Both the position numbers and the translations under genes were made by a program. Below are positions 53,401 through 64,000 of a DNA stretch of 64,000 nucleotides, in pieces. The notes under the pieces are model-generated. The model had not been told where the DNA came from. It searched no databases and saw nothing but the letters and a program-made list of their open reading frames with translations. Source of the DNA: Phormidesmis sp. GTDB taxonomy: Bacteria > Cyanobacteriota > Cyanobacteriia > Leptolyngbyales > Leptolyngbyaceae. Each line of letters opens with the position of its first letter. Position 1 is the first letter of the stretch. The stretch covers positions 1,568,001 through 1,632,000 of the forward strand of contig CBDFJR010000002.1 of NCBI GenBank assembly GCA_965248535.1. Reading direction: 5' to 3'.

Positions 53401-55138
53401 GCTTGAGCATTTTTGCATACTCAGGCTTGGCTGCTAGCAGGTTTCCCCGCTCTCCAAGCTGCATGGTGAGAGACATCACCAGCTTTTCGCGCAGGGGGTC
53501 GATCGCCGGATTGGTGACTTGAGCAAAACGCTGCTTGAAATAGTCATAAAGCAGGTGCGGCTTTTCTGACAGCACCGCTAGCGGAATGTCGTCTCCCATG
53601 CAGAAGGTTGGCTCTTTGCCCTGAGCCGCCATCTCTTGAATGATCATTTCTACATCTTCTGCCGTGTAGCCAAACGCAGTCTGATAACCCAGCAGCGCTT
53701 GAGCCGTCATCACAGGTGCGTCAGCCGCAGGTTGGGTTTGCAGATCGCGACGATGGGTTTGCAGCCACTCTCCATAGGGATGGGCTGAGGCAACGCGCTG
53801 CTTGAGTTCCCAGTTTTTTAAGACTTCGTGAGTCTCTAAGTCAAAGGCGATCATCTGTCCGGGGCCAAGCCGACCTTTTTCGAGCACTTCTGACTCAGGA
53901 ATCTCGACAACTCCGGCTTCTGACGCGACTAGGATGTAGCCATCGCGAGTGATCGTGTAGCGAGCGGGACGCAGACCATTGCGATCGAGGGTTGCTCCGA
54001 CTCGTTTGCCATCACTAAACACCAGCAAAGCCGGGCCATCCCACGGCTCTTGAATGCCGCTGTAATACTCATAAAAATCAACGATTTCTGGATGGTCAAT
54101 CAGATCAGGCTGATTTTTATAGGCTTCTGGCACCATGATCATCAGCGCTTCCATCGGGCTGCGCCCAGAGCGCACCAGCAACTCCATGACGTTATCCAAA
54201 TTGGCTGAGTCACTGTTGTCAGAGTTGACGCTGGGCTTTAGCTCAGAGATGCGATCGCCCCAAGTGGCGTGAGTCATGTCAGCTTCTCGCGCTCTCATCC
54301 AGTTAACGTTGCCTAGAAGCGTGTTGATTTCGCCGTTGTGCCCCAATAATCGCATGGGCTGGGCGAGGGGCCATTTGGGCAAGGTGTTGGTGCTGAAGCG
54401 ACGGTGATAGACGGCAAAGGTGCTCTGGTAAGCAGCATTCTGTAAATCTTCGTAAAACTCGCCAAGAATCGCCGATCGCACCATGCCTTTATAGACGATC
54501 GTGCGATTTGAGAAGGAACACACATAGAATTCGGCAAGCGCTGGGTCGCCATTCTCAGACAGCGCTGTCAAAATCCGCTTGCGAACCAGATAAAGCCGCC
54601 GCTCTAAATCTTCATCTTGAAGCTGCTCTGAGTGGACTATTATCTGTTCAATTTGAGGCTGATTCTCTCGTGCCTGAATTCCCAATGAGCTTGGCTTGAC
54701 AGGAACCAACCGCCAACCTAAAACGGTCAGACCTTCTTCGACCAAGACCCGTTCTGAAATTTGTCGCGCTGTGGCAGCAGACTCAGCATTTTGGGGCAAA
54801 AAGATCATGCCCACGCCTGTCTGGGTCGTCTGTAGGGGTTGCAGCCCGTTCGACTCTGCCCACAGGTCAAAAATCTCCCAGGGGATCGCGGTCATCAACC
54901 CGGCTCCATCCCCAGAGTCTTGATCAGCGCTACAGCCTCCCCGATGCTCTAGACAAGTCAGTGCAGACAGCGCCTTCACCACCAGATCATGGCTTTTTCG
55001 GCCCTGCTGATCGGCGATAAACCCCACCCCACAGGCATCTCGTTCTTCTACGAGCCAAGGCTGACCTGCATATCCAGCATCCCCTTGAGGCGGCTGATTG
55101 TCTAAATTTTCACTGACGTTAATCATGGGATAGCTCAT
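50477..55138 (-). CDS. glsF: Ferredoxin-dependent glutamate synthase
   Basis: [63 protein letters not shown]; no small subunit adjacent; start may extend to 55153. Confidence 0.95.
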   Translation of the reverse strand: MSYPMINVSENLDNQPPQGDAGYAGQPWLVEERDACGVGFIADQQGRKSHDLVVKALSALTCLEHRGGCSADQDSGDGAGLMTAIPWEIFDLWAESNGLQPLQTTQTGVGMIFLPQNAESAATARQISERVLVEEGLTVLGWRLVPVKPSSLGIQARENQPQIEQIIVHSEQLQDEDLERRLYLVRKRILTALSENGDPALAEFYVCSFSNRTIVYKGMVRSAILGEFYEDLQNAAYQSTFAVYHRRFSTNTLPKWPLAQPMRLLGHNGEINTLLGNVNWMRAREADMTHATWGDRISELKPSVNSDNSDSANLDNVMELLVRSGRSPMEALMIMVPEAYKNQPDLIDHPEIVDFYEYYSGIQEPWDGPALLVFSDGKRVGATLDRNGLRPARYTITRDGYILVASEAGVVEIPESEVLEKGRLGPGQMIAFDLETHEVLKNWELKQRVASAHPYGEWLQTHRRDLQTQPAADAPVMTAQALLGYQTAFGYTAEDVEMIIQEMAAQGKEPTFCMGDDIPLAVLSEKPHLLYDYFKQRFAQVTNPAIDPLREKLVMSLTMQLGERGNLLAAKPEYAKMLKLESPILDEGDLDQIQTFGFEATKLSTLFAIATGPEGLRRAVNELCQKATEAVRAGKKILILSDRLDSAGNFSNLSADHSYIPPLLAVGAVHHHLIRQGLRMKASLVVDTAQAWSTHHFACLIGYGASAVCPYLALETVRQWWGDSRTKSLMERGKIKSASLSAVQANFRKAIEDGLLKILSKMGISLLASYQGAQIFEAIGIGADLLNLGFYGTASRLGGLTVTELAQEVLSFHCRAFPELAGRKLENFGFVQYRPGGEYHMNSPEMAKHLHKAVATKSFDHYELYQKYLQNRPLTALRDLLDFKSDRPSVPLTDVEPVTEIVKRFCTGGMSLGALSREAHEVLAIAMNRIGGKSNSGEGGEDPVRFNILKDVDEAGLSPLLPHLKGLQNGDTVSSAIKQVASGRFGVTPEYLMSAKQIEIKIAQGAKPGEGGQLPGPKVSPYIAMLRRSKPGVTLISPPPHHDIYSIEDLSQLIFDLHQINPVAQVSVKLVAEVGIGTIAAGVAKANADIIQISGHDGGTGASPLSSIKHAGSPWELGLTEVHRVLMENQLRDRVLLRVDGGIKTGWDIIMAALMGGEEYGFGSIAMIAEGCIMARICHTNNCPVGVASQKEELRKRFPGTPEHVVNFFYFIAEEVRSLLARLGYRTLNDIIGRSDLLKVRESVQLTKTKSLNLDCLVRLPDTRENRDWLKHEPVHSNGVVLDDELLSDPDLQAAIQNQTHAAKTLKVVNTDRTVGARLAGAIAKRYGNTGFGGHITLNFGGSVGQSFGAFNLPGMTLHLTGEANDYVGKGMHGGEIAIRPTADITYDPALSVIIGNTCLYGATGGSLFANGQAGERFAVRNSQAQAVVEGVGDHCCEYMTGGTIVVLGRTGRNVGAGMTGGLAYFLDGDGSFQSKVNPEIVKVQRVTAPAGEQQLKELIEAHADRTNSPKAKAILANWSDYLPKFWQVVPPSEKDTPEANPDAEVKELSSVK

Positions 55139-55763
55139 TTCGTTCACTGTCAACGAGAGTATGGGTCTGATAAAAGGGACTGCAAAGGGAGCGGGCTGTC
55201 TCTACCCGCTTTTGATGCTGCTCACCGATCGAGACATCTCACTAAAAACTTTATGAAGAAAGTGTGGAGATAACTGACATAGATCACACAATCGAGTAAA
55301 AATTTTCGCTAGTCAAGTCTGCTAACACACCGTCAGGCAAAAGCTCTGGAGAAAATTCTTGCCCTTCTTACGCAGAAAGTCATCAAGGCATCAAGATCTG
55401 ACCTGCCGCGATCGCATCTTCATTAAACTGAAATCTCTCAAAAGCTAGGGTGAGAAAACTGAAATCAGATTTTGCGGGCTGATAGATGAAGGAGTAAAGA
55501 TATTATAAAAAATTTGCTTCTCTGACAATCCCCATGCGCCCGTGTCACTAAATTTTCTGTCTCTGCTTAGGGCTGATGTCTCTATGCTACTAAGGTTTAT
55601 CTGATATTAGGGGTGTTTATAAACAGCGGCCGTCAGAAAGTCAGTGTTTCTTGATACAGCAACTTTTTAGAACCTAAATCCGCCGCTCCATAAAGCGCAT
55701 TGCCGCTATTTTTCAGCCTCGCTCAATTCTGTTCAAAACCTCGCTCAATGTGATTAAAAACTA

Positions 55764-57606
55764 GTGGTTAAGACTCAAACTTTTGGTTCATCTAGATCGT
55801 CAGCAACGCCTCTTTTGATCTGGCATCGCTTCCTCAAGACTTTTTTCGTGCCAGTGATCTCGACAGTGGGAATTGTGATTCCGGCGATCGCCGCCCCTCC
55901 ACCTCAGACACGCCTCAAGGTTGAACCGTCTCTTTCCCAAATTCCTGCTTCTCAGCAGGTTAGCCAAATTTCTCTCAACGGACGAGTCTTCACCCTCCCT
56001 TGGAGCCAATGGCAAACTGCGGGAGTCACTCACATCGGGTTAAGCGATGCGGCTCTCGTGCAGCTAGTTGGGGCGCAGTTGCTCAACACATCCACAGCGA
56101 CGAGCCAGCCGATCGACTGGTTTGCTACTCTGACTTCTCCCTTGCCGACTCGCCTAGTGGCTCCATTTCGCTATCTTGACATCACAACGCTCTGGCTCAA
56201 CAGTCGGGCTGGCAACTCAAACCAGACGGCAACACCCTGCAAATTTCGACCCCACCTGCAAAAATCTTGGGGCTTCGACAAGGGCAACAATCCTGATCAG
56301 AGAGCGGCTCGTGATTGATCTCGATCGTCCGACTCCCTACCAACTTGATCCCCAAAGTCAGGAACTGATCATCACGCTGGATGCTCAAGCTGATCCGTCT
56401 TTGCTCCAAAGCTTTAAAGCCAAGCCGGGAAAGCAGATTAAGTCGATTCAGCTAGAAGCGGGCAGCGATCGTACTACCATTCACGTCGGCATTCCGATCG
56501 GGCAGCGTCCTCAGATTTCAACGTTGTCTCACCCTGATCGCTTGGTTCTCGATATCCGTCCTGATTATTTAGTCGATCGCGATATTCTCTGGGCACCGGG
56601 GCTACGCTGGCGGCAACAATATCTGACAGTAGGAACGGCTCGATTTCCGGTCGTTTGGTTAGAGGCAAATCCTCGTCAGTCTGGGCTGCGGCTACGCCCG
56701 ATTCTTTCAAACCCGGCAGCCGTTCCGGGCGTGGCTCCTCTGACTCAAACGGCTCAACAAGCCCAAGCGATCGCTGCCATCAACGGCGGATTTTTTAATC
56801 GCACCAATCAATTGCCGCTCGGTGCCATTCGTCGAGGCGGTGAGTGGTTATCTAGCCCCATTCTCAACCGAGGCGTGTTTGTTTGGAACGATCGTGGAGA
56901 GGTCAGGGTCGATCGATTAACGCTGCAAGAAACCCTCAGTCCGTCGGTTGGGCAACGCCTAGCTCTCACCTCGTTAAACAGTGGTTATGCTCAAGCGGGA
57001 GTGGCCCGCTACACTCCGGCTTGGGGAGCAATCTACACCTCGCTATCTCAAGCCGAAGTCGTGCTCACCGTGCAGCACGATCGAGTCACTGAGCAAAAAA
57101 CGGGGGAAATGCCTGGAAGTATTTTCTCAATTCCTGCCGATGGCTATCTGCTGGTGGTTCGGTCTAACGCAGCGATCGCGGCTTCTCTCCCGATCGGCAC
57201 TTCGCTTCAGATTGACAGCACGACAGTCCCTGCCGATCTGAAAAATTACCCCAACATAATCGGGGCGGGACCCCTCTTAATACAAAACGGTCAAATTGTT
57301 CTGGATGCAAAATCAGAGCAGTTTAGTGATGCTTTTATTCGAGAAATGGCGGCTCGGAGCGCGATCGGGCAAACCCCAGACGGAACTATCTTGCTGGTGA
57401 CTGCTCACGATCGCATTGACGGGCTAGGAGCCACCCTGTCAGAAATGGCTCAGATCATGAATCAACTGGGAGCCATCAACGCTCTGAATTTAGATGGGGG
57501 CAGTTCGACCACACTCTATTTGGGAGGACAAATTCTCGATCGTCCCTCGCGTAGCTCTGCTCGCGTTCAGAACGGCATCGGTGTTTTTCTTCAGTCGCCT
57601 CCTTAA
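55764..57606 (+). pseudogene. Phosphodiester glycosidase (NAGPA)-family protein with AMIN-like region, disrupted by two frameshifts
   Basis: C-terminal INGGFF, GAGPLL, RSAIG, NLDGGSS; a middle segment at about 56192-56293 lies in the third frame. Confidence 0.7.
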
Positions 57607-57966
57607 TCCTCCTTAATCAGAACTAGGGGGTGCGATCGCAAATCAAACCTTGTAGAGGCAATGACCAGAAACCGATGGAGTGTATAGTTCACCCTCCTCA
57701 AACCTTCAGGTGCCCAGGATTAGCATCAGGGCATAGCGTTGCTGTGCCTATCGAACTCTGCCGCTCACCGATCCGATTTAATTCACGTCACTTAGATGAA
57801 GAATCAGTGAAATTTCTCTAAATCATTCTCTTCTGGGTGGTGCCAATCAAAACTCTTTGTTAGCCTTGTCGGTTGTTGCACCATGCAAATTTTTAGAGAG
57901 AAATCTTAAGATCTCTCAACGTGCAGGCCGTCAAAGACTTATCAGTATGATAAAGGAGAGGAAACG

Positions 57967-58389
57967 GTGGCTCAACCCCAAGAAATGACTCAAGTTCCTA
58001 CATTCAGTCTATCAACAGCGCCGCTCAGAGGAGCCGCCGCAACCGAGCTTCGTCCCTGGGGTTCATTCACCACGCTTGAAGAAGGACGCGGCTATAAAAT
58101 TAAGCGCATTGACGTGAAACCCGGACACCGCCTCAGTCTTCAAATGCACCACCATCGCAGTGAGCATTGGATTGTGGTCTCAGGGACGGCTAGAGTTACC
58201 TGCGGTGAAGCAGAACTCATTCTCAGCAGCAATCAGTCAACCTATGTGCCTCAATGCACGTCTCATCGCCTAGAAAATCCTGGTGTGATTCCGCTCGTGC
58301 TGATCGAAGTTCAAAACGGCGAGTATCTGGGCGAAGACGATATTATTCGCTTTCAAGATGATTACTCTCGTGCTGGTTCTAACGGCTAA
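57967..58389 (+). CDS. Mannose-6-phosphate isomerase type II C-terminal cupin protein
   Basis: RPWG, LSLQMHHHRSEHW, EVQNGEYLGEDDIIRFQDDY; AAGGAG upstream. Confidence 0.9.
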   Translation: MAQPQEMTQVPTFSLSTAPLRGAAATELRPWGSFTTLEEGRGYKIKRIDVKPGHRLSLQMHHHRSEHWIVVSGTARVTCGEAELILSSNQSTYVPQCTSHRLENPGVIPLVLIEVQNGEYLGEDDIIRFQDDYSRAGSNG

Positions 58390-58422
58390 TCAATTAGTTT
58401 GAAAACTTAATATCTACGTTGG

Positions 58423-58456
58423 GTGGGGCTGTCCGTTCTTGGGCAGCCTCACTTTT
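58423..58456 (+). terminator. Intrinsic terminator
   Basis: gtggggctgtcc/gggcagcctcac stem followed by tttt. Confidence 0.55.
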
Positions 58457-58537
58457 ATTGATACGTCTAAATGCCACGAGTAGAGATTTGCACGGTAGGA
58501 TTGGCCACATCTTGTTAGCGCTGAACGCCCGATCGTC

Positions 58538-58879
58538 ATGATTCACCTAAGCCATTCTGCGGTTGAAGAAATTCTTCGCCTCAAGCTCAGACAGCACAAC
58601 TCAACCGTCTTTTTTCGCCTCAGCATTCAACCTGTGGGGTGTTTTGGGCGCTCTTATCTGACCCAATTTGATTCAATCTTGCAGCCAGAAGACCAGGTTT
58701 ATGACTGTAGCGGCATTCAAGTCGCGATCAACCCTAGCAGTCTGACTCATCTTCAAGGTTTGACGCTAGACTATTCAGAGGATCTCATGGGAGGAAGCTT
58801 CCGCTTTCACAACCCCAACGCTGTCAAAAGCTGTGACTGTGGAAACTCATTCTCGATCGCAGAGCCGTCTCTCATGTGA
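58538..58879 (+). CDS. iscA: HesB/IscA-family Fe-S assembly protein
   Basis: GCFG, LDYSEDLMGGSFRFHNPNA, CDCGNSF. Confidence 0.85.
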   Translation: MIHLSHSAVEEILRLKLRQHNSTVFFRLSIQPVGCFGRSYLTQFDSILQPEDQVYDCSGIQVAINPSSLTHLQGLTLDYSEDLMGGSFRFHNPNAVKSCDCGNSFSIAEPSLM

Positions 58880-59007
58880 TGCCTGAGCACTATTTCTACC
58901 TTGCCCAACCGCAATGATAAAAAATTGTTTGACAGAGGCACTGCTAGATTGGTATGTTTAATATTTGTTGAAAGTTGGAACAGTCAAAAGACTGCACACG
59001 CTATAAA

Positions 59008-59388
59008 ATGCCCACAATCCAGCAACTCATTCGTGATGAGCGCAGCAAAGCGCAAAAGAAGACTAAATCTCCGGCTCTTAAGAGTTGCCCGCAGCGTCGT
59101 GGTGTCTGTACAAGAGTTTACACAACGACTCCTAAAAAACCAAACTCTGCTCTGCGCAAGGTCGCAAGGGTTCGCCTGACTTCCGGTTTTGAGGTCACGG
59201 CTTATATTCCTGGTATTGGTCACAACCTCCAAGAGCACTCGGTTGTAATGATTCGTGGCGGTCGGGTCAAAGACCTTCCTGGAGTTCGTTACCATATTAT
59301 TCGTGGAACTCTTGATACCGCAGGAGTCAAAGACCGCAAGCAAGGACGCTCTAAATACGGTGCAAAGCGTCCCAAGAAAGCTTCATAA
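59008..59388 (+). CDS. rpsL: 30S ribosomal protein S12
   Basis: [29 protein letters not shown]. Confidence 0.98.
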   Translation: MPTIQQLIRDERSKAQKKTKSPALKSCPQRRGVCTRVYTTTPKKPNSALRKVARVRLTSGFEVTAYIPGIGHNLQEHSVVMIRGGRVKDLPGVRYHIIRGTLDTAGVKDRKQGRSKYGAKRPKKAS

Positions 59389-59627
59389 GACCCGTTAGAT
59401 AATCAAGCGTTTGCTTGAAGTTCTCACAGTTTTCTGCCTGGTTGCGTGCGTCGTCTTAATTTAGCTAACTCCACTGGTTAGGAGTCATCGTTTAGAAAAT
59501 GACTTTGAAGAGAGTTCTTTGATGCAACTTTCTCAGGGTATTTGAGCGCTGACTTCTATCTGTTTCTGTTACCCTAAAAAGGTTGCAACCCAAAGTAAAT
59601 CCTTGATTTTTTTCTAGAAGGCTCATT

Positions 59628-60098
59628 ATGTCTCGTCGCGTTGTCGTCAAAAAGCGTCCAGTTCCCCCCGACCCAGTTCATAACTCTCGTCTCGTCAGCA
59701 TGATGATGCGTAGAATCATGAGAAGCGGCAAGAAGTCTTTGGCTTCTCGCATTATTTATGATGCCTTTGAAACCATCAAAGAACGGACGGGGACTGAAGC
59801 CCTTGAAGTTTTTGAGCGGGCAGTTCGGAACGCAACGCCTTTGGTAGAAGTCAAAGCGCGCCGAGTTGGTGGTGCCACCTATCAAGTGCCGATGGAAGTG
59901 CGGCCCGATCGTGGAATTGCCCTTGCCCTACGATGGTTGATCCAATTCTCGCGTCAGCGCCCTGGCCGAACGATGTCGGCCAGACTTGCCAATGAACTGA
60001 TGGATGCTGCTAATGAAACGGGCAGTGCGATCCGCAAGCGAGAGGAAACTCATCGGATGGCAGAAGCTAACAAGGCGTTCGCGCACTATCGCTATTAA
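59628..60098 (+). CDS. rpsG: 30S ribosomal protein S7
   Basis: [11 protein letters not shown] and [13 protein letters not shown]. Confidence 0.98.
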   Translation: MSRRVVVKKRPVPPDPVHNSRLVSMMMRRIMRSGKKSLASRIIYDAFETIKERTGTEALEVFERAVRNATPLVEVKARRVGGATYQVPMEVRPDRGIALALRWLIQFSRQRPGRTMSARLANELMDAANETGSAIRKREETHRMAEANKAFAHYRY

Positions 60099-60170
60099 AA
60101 AGTATAAAATCTTAATAGAAGCGATCGTGCTTTTCAACCCATTCATGCGGCAGAGACTAAGGAGGTAGCT

Positions 60171-62261
60171 GTGGCTCGTACAACTCCGCTCGAACGAGTG
60201 CGCAATATTGGAATTGCAGCCCACATCGACGCGGGCAAAACGACGACCACCGAGCGGATTTTGTTCTACTCAGGGGTTGTCCACAAGATCGGCGAGGTTC
60301 ATGAAGGAACTGCAACAACCGACTGGATGGAGCAAGAGCGTGAGCGCGGCATCACCATCACTGCCGCTGCTATCAGCACCAGTTGGAAAGGCTACCAGGT
60401 CAATATCATTGACACACCGGGTCACGTAGATTTCACGATCGAGGTCGAGCGCTCAATGCGAGTCCTAGACGGTGTAATTGCGGTATTTTGCTCGGTGGGC
60501 GGTGTGCAACCTCAGTCTGAAACCGTATGGAAGCAAGCCAATCGCTATAATGTCCCTCGAATCGTCTTTGTCAATAAGATGGATCGGACGGGCGCAAACT
60601 TCTACAAGGTCTATGAGCAGGTTCGCGATCGTCTCCGTGCCAACGCAGTGCCAATTCAGATTCCGATCGGGGCTGAAGACAAGCTCAGAGGCATTGTAGA
60701 TCTAGTGAAAATGCGGGCCTATATCTACAACAACGACGCGGGCACAGACATTGAAGAAGTAGATATTCCTGAAGATGTCCTCGATCTTGCTAACGAGTAT
60801 CGCACCAAGCTAATCGAGTCAGTAGCAGAAACCAGTGATGCTCTGATGGAGAAATATTTTGCTGGCGAAGAGCTAACGGAAGAAGAGATCAAACGAGCGA
60901 TTCGCAAAGGCACGATCGAAGGAGTCAACGGTGAATTCTTTGTACCAATGCTCTGCGGTTCGGCTTTCAAAAACAAGGGCGTTCAGCTAATGCTGGATGC
61001 AGTGATTGACTATCTTCCCTCCCCGCTTGATGTTCCTCCGGTTCAAGGGCTGTTGGCTGATGGCACTACGGTTGAGCGAAGAGCCGATGACAGCTTGCCA
61101 ATGTCTGCTTTGGCCTTCAAAGTGATGTCTGACAAGTTTGTCGGTCGCCTAACCTTTGTCCGCGTCTACTCTGGCGTGCTCAAGAAGGGGAGCTATGTCT
61201 TAAACTCTTCCAAGGGCAAGAAAGAACGAGTTTCTCGTTTGATTATCCTCAAAGCCGACGATCGCATTGATGTCGATGAACTGCGTGCGGGTGACTTAGG
61301 GGCGGTTCCTGGTTTGTCAGACACCTTAACCGGAGATACACTCTGTGACGAGAATGCCCCTGTGATTCTGGAAACGTTGTTCATTCCAGAGCCAGTGATT
61401 TCTGTAGCCGTTGAGCCTAAGACCAAACAGGACATGGAGAAACTCTCCAAGGCGCTGAAGGCTCTGTCGGAAGAAGACCCCACCTTCCGAGTCAACATTG
61501 ACCAAGAAACTAACCAGACGATCATCGCGGGCATGGGTGAGCTTCATTTGGAGATTTTGGTCGATCGCATGATGCGTGAATTCAAGGTCGAGGCAAACGT
61601 AGGAGCGCCCCAAGTCGCCTACCGTGAAACCATCCGCAAGGCGGTGAAAGCGGAAGGAAGATTCGTTCGTCAAAGTGGTGGTAAAGGTCAGTATGGCCAC
61701 GTCGTCATCACGGTAGAACCTGGCGAGCCAGGAACCGGGTTTGAGTTCGTCTCGAAGATCGTCGGGGGCACTGTTCCTAAGGAATATGTCGGCCCCGCCG
61801 AGCAAGGGATGAAGGAAGCCTGTGAGTCTGGCATCCTGGCTGGCTACCCTCTGATTGACGTAAGAGCGACCCTCATTGATGGGTCTTACCATGAAGTTGA
61901 CTCCAATGAGATGGCATTTAAGATTGCAGGCTCAATGGCGATCAAAGATGGGGTCATGAAAGCTTCGCCCGTCCTTCTAGAGCCAGTCATGAAGGTCGAA
62001 GTTGAAGTCCCTGAAGATTTCCTCGGCCCCGTGATGGGCAATCTGATTTCTCGCAGGGGTCAGATTGAATCTCAAGGGGTTGAGCGAGGAATTGCGAAGG
62101 TTGAAACCAAAGTCCCCTTGGCTGAGATGTTCGGTTATGCCACCGATATTCGGTCTATGACTCAGGGGCGAGGTACGTTTACAATGGAGTTTAGCCATTA
62201 TGAAGAAGTGCCTCGTAACGTGGCTGAAACCATCATCGCAAAGAACAAAGGGAACGCATAA
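60171..62261 (+). CDS. fusA: Elongation factor G
   Basis: [26 protein letters not shown]. Confidence 0.98.
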   Translation: MARTTPLERVRNIGIAAHIDAGKTTTTERILFYSGVVHKIGEVHEGTATTDWMEQERERGITITAAAISTSWKGYQVNIIDTPGHVDFTIEVERSMRVLDGVIAVFCSVGGVQPQSETVWKQANRYNVPRIVFVNKMDRTGANFYKVYEQVRDRLRANAVPIQIPIGAEDKLRGIVDLVKMRAYIYNNDAGTDIEEVDIPEDVLDLANEYRTKLIESVAETSDALMEKYFAGEELTEEEIKRAIRKGTIEGVNGEFFVPMLCGSAFKNKGVQLMLDAVIDYLPSPLDVPPVQGLLADGTTVERRADDSLPMSALAFKVMSDKFVGRLTFVRVYSGVLKKGSYVLNSSKGKKERVSRLIILKADDRIDVDELRAGDLGAVPGLSDTLTGDTLCDENAPVILETLFIPEPVISVAVEPKTKQDMEKLSKALKALSEEDPTFRVNIDQETNQTIIAGMGELHLEILVDRMMREFKVEANVGAPQVAYRETIRKAVKAEGRFVRQSGGKGQYGHVVITVEPGEPGTGFEFVSKIVGGTVPKEYVGPAEQGMKEACESGILAGYPLIDVRATLIDGSYHEVDSNEMAFKIAGSMAIKDGVMKASPVLLEPVMKVEVEVPEDFLGPVMGNLISRRGQIESQGVERGIAKVETKVPLAEMFGYATDIRSMTQGRGTFTMEFSHYEEVPRNVAETIIAKNKGNA

Positions 62262-62283
62262 TCAGAAAGAGGAACAATAACAC

Positions 62284-63513
62284 ATGGCACGCGCAAAGTT
62301 TGAACGGACAAAGCCTCACGTCAACATTGGCACGGTTGGTCACGTTGACCACGGCAAAACTACGTTGACGGCTGCAATCACAATGACGCTATCGGCGTTA
62401 GGTCAAGCAACTGGCAAAAAGTACGACGAGATCGATGCTGCTCCTGAAGAAAAGGCGAGAGGGATTACGATCAATACCGCTCACGTCGAATATGAGACAG
62501 CTGAACGTCACTACGCTCACGTAGACTGTCCGGGTCACGCTGACTATGTGAAAAACATGATCACGGGTGCAGCCCAGATGGACGGAGGCATTCTTGTGGT
62601 GTCTGCGGCTGATGGCCCAATGCCCCAGACCCGCGAGCACATCCTGTTGGCAAAGCAGGTGGGCGTTCCTCATCTCGTGGTTTTCTTAAACAAGAAAGAC
62701 ATGGTAGATGATGAAGAACTACTAGAACTTGTGGAGTTAGAGGTGCGTGAGCTTCTCAGTTCCTACGATTTTCCAGGGGATGATATTCCGATCGTGACGG
62801 GTTCTGCCCTGCAAGCGTTGGAATTCATGGCTGCAAACCCAAAGGCAAAGCGTGGCGACAACGAATGGGTCGATGCCATCTACAAGCTGATGGATGAGGT
62901 GGACTCCTACATCCCAACCCCTGAGCGGGAAGTAGACAAACCCTTCTTGATGGCTGTGGAGGATGTATTCTCCATCACGGGTCGCGGCACCGTCGCCACT
63001 GGACGGATCGAGCGCGGCACGGTCAAGGTGCAAGATGAAGTCGAGCTAGTCGGCATCAGAAACACCCAGAAGACGACTGTGACTGGAATCGAGATGTTTA
63101 AGAAGAGTCTTGAGCAGGGGCTGGCTGGAGACAACGCAGGCATCCTGCTGCGGGGTCTCAAGAAGGAAGACATTGAGCGCGGGATGGTCATCGCCAAACC
63201 CGGCTCGATCACGCCTCACACTCTGTTTGAGTCTGAAGTGTACATCCTCAAAAAAGAAGAGGGGGGTCGTCACACGCCTTTCTTCCCTGGCTACCGTCCT
63301 CAGTTTTACGTGCGTACGACTGATGTAACGGGTACCATCAGCAACTTCACCTCCGACGATGGCAGTGAAGCTGAGATGGTCATGCCGGGCGATCGCATTA
63401 AAATGACCGTTGAACTGATCAACCCGATCGCCATTGAGCAGGGAATGCGTTTTGCAATCCGTGAAGGTGGTCGAACGGTAGGTGCAGGGGTCGTTGCGAA
63501 GATCCTCAAGTAG
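62284..63513 (+). CDS. tuf: Elongation factor Tu
   Basis: [31 protein letters not shown]. Confidence 0.99.
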   Translation: MARAKFERTKPHVNIGTVGHVDHGKTTLTAAITMTLSALGQATGKKYDEIDAAPEEKARGITINTAHVEYETAERHYAHVDCPGHADYVKNMITGAAQMDGGILVVSAADGPMPQTREHILLAKQVGVPHLVVFLNKKDMVDDEELLELVELEVRELLSSYDFPGDDIPIVTGSALQALEFMAANPKAKRGDNEWVDAIYKLMDEVDSYIPTPEREVDKPFLMAVEDVFSITGRGTVATGRIERGTVKVQDEVELVGIRNTQKTTVTGIEMFKKSLEQGLAGDNAGILLRGLKKEDIERGMVIAKPGSITPHTLFESEVYILKKEEGGRHTPFFPGYRPQFYVRTTDVTGTISNFTSDDGSEAEMVMPGDRIKMTVELINPIAIEQGMRFAIREGGRTVGAGVVAKILK

Positions 63514-63533
63514 TTCTAACGAACTGTAGGCAG

Positions 63534-63570
63534 CTATCAGCAGTCAGCTAACCAGTGAGACTGCTGATAG
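63534..63570. repeat. 12-bp perfect inverted repeat between tuf and rpsJ
   Basis: ctatcagcagtc and gactgctgatag. Confidence 0.65.
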
Positions 63571-63619
63571 TTCCGATTTTTGACTTTATTCAGAACCTAG
63601 ACAATTTAAAGAACTACTC

Positions 63620-63937
63620 ATGGCAACGATTCAGCAGCAAAAAATTCGGATTCGTCTAAAGGCATTCGATCGCCGTCTTCTAGACACCTCCTGCGAGAAG
63701 ATTGTAGACACCGCCAATCGCACGAACGCTACAGCAGTTGGCCCAATTCCCCTTCCCACCCGTCGGCGCATCTATTGTTTGTTGCGTTCACCTCACGTTG
63801 ACAAAGATGCTCGTGAGCACTTTGAGACCCGCACCCACCACCGCATCATTGATATCTATCAGCCGTCTTCTAAAACGATCGATGCTTTAATGAAGCTTGA
63901 TCTGCCAGCAGGCGTTGATATTGAAGTGAAGCTATAA
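63620..63937 (+). CDS. rpsJ: 30S ribosomal protein S10
   Basis: [27 protein letters not shown]. Confidence 0.98.
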   Translation: MATIQQQKIRIRLKAFDRRLLDTSCEKIVDTANRTNATAVGPIPLPTRRRIYCLLRSPHVDKDAREHFETRTHHRIIDIYQPSSKTIDALMKLDLPAGVDIEVKL

Positions 63938-63969
63938 CCTCACGGTTCCGTTAAAAATCCGAATTGACT

Positions 63970-64000
63970 AGCAGGGATGATCCAGTGATCTCCCTGCTTT
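63970..64000 (+). terminator. Probable terminator after rpsJ (cut by window edge)
   Basis: agcaggga/tccctgct stem followed by T residues. Confidence 0.55.

Larger units (their letters stand above)
1..64000. repeat. HIP1 (GCGATCGC) highly iterated palindrome dispersed through the window
   Basis: GCGATCGC and the CGATCG core recur in most genes; they are scarce at about 1.2-3.4 kb and 47.5-50.4 kb. Confidence 0.9.

Noticed and set aside
55273..55657. CRP-like site (55273-55288) and NtcA-like GTG-N8-TAC site (55644-55657) near glsF
   Set aside because: Imperfect matches of a kind expected by chance; no promoter context established.
57729..57750. Third REP-like palindrome gggcatagcgttgctgtgccta
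   Set aside because: Too degenerate to assign to the 14486/30433 family.
58975..59007. N-terminal extension of S12
   Set aside because: The canonical MPTIQQL start is at 59008.

Overview
Chromosomal window from a cyanobacterium. This is inferred from very frequent HIP1 octamers (GCGATCGC), ferredoxin-GOGAT and cyanobacterial gene order; a filamentous Leptolyngbya/Phormidesmis-like strain is plausible but unproven. Most of the window is core genome: proS (partial), mnmA, aat, a GH57-serS-rseP-nth-rpsN run, nfu, lepA, uxs-ugd, glsF, iscA and rpsL-rpsG-fusA-tuf-rpsJ. Signalling and envelope genes are interspersed. I found no tRNA, rRNA, CRISPR array, transposase or prophage. The most notable items are: an APC amino-acid permease fused to an NtrB-type histidine kinase with no adjacent response regulator; a Tat-signal caspase-like protein lacking the catalytic Cys, next to a SAM methyltransferase with a signal peptide; a histidine kinase with a degenerate ATP-binding domain; a 6-repeat beta-propeller protein; a cysteine hydrolase-cupin-CocE/NonD cluster preceded by a direct/inverted repeat array; a MITE-like element with a REP doublet upstream of a Dam-family methylase; an AT-rich glycosyltransferase/deacetylase islet; two frameshifted genes; and two small proteins, one absent from the ORF track. 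All product calls come from motif recognition by eye, not from database searches.
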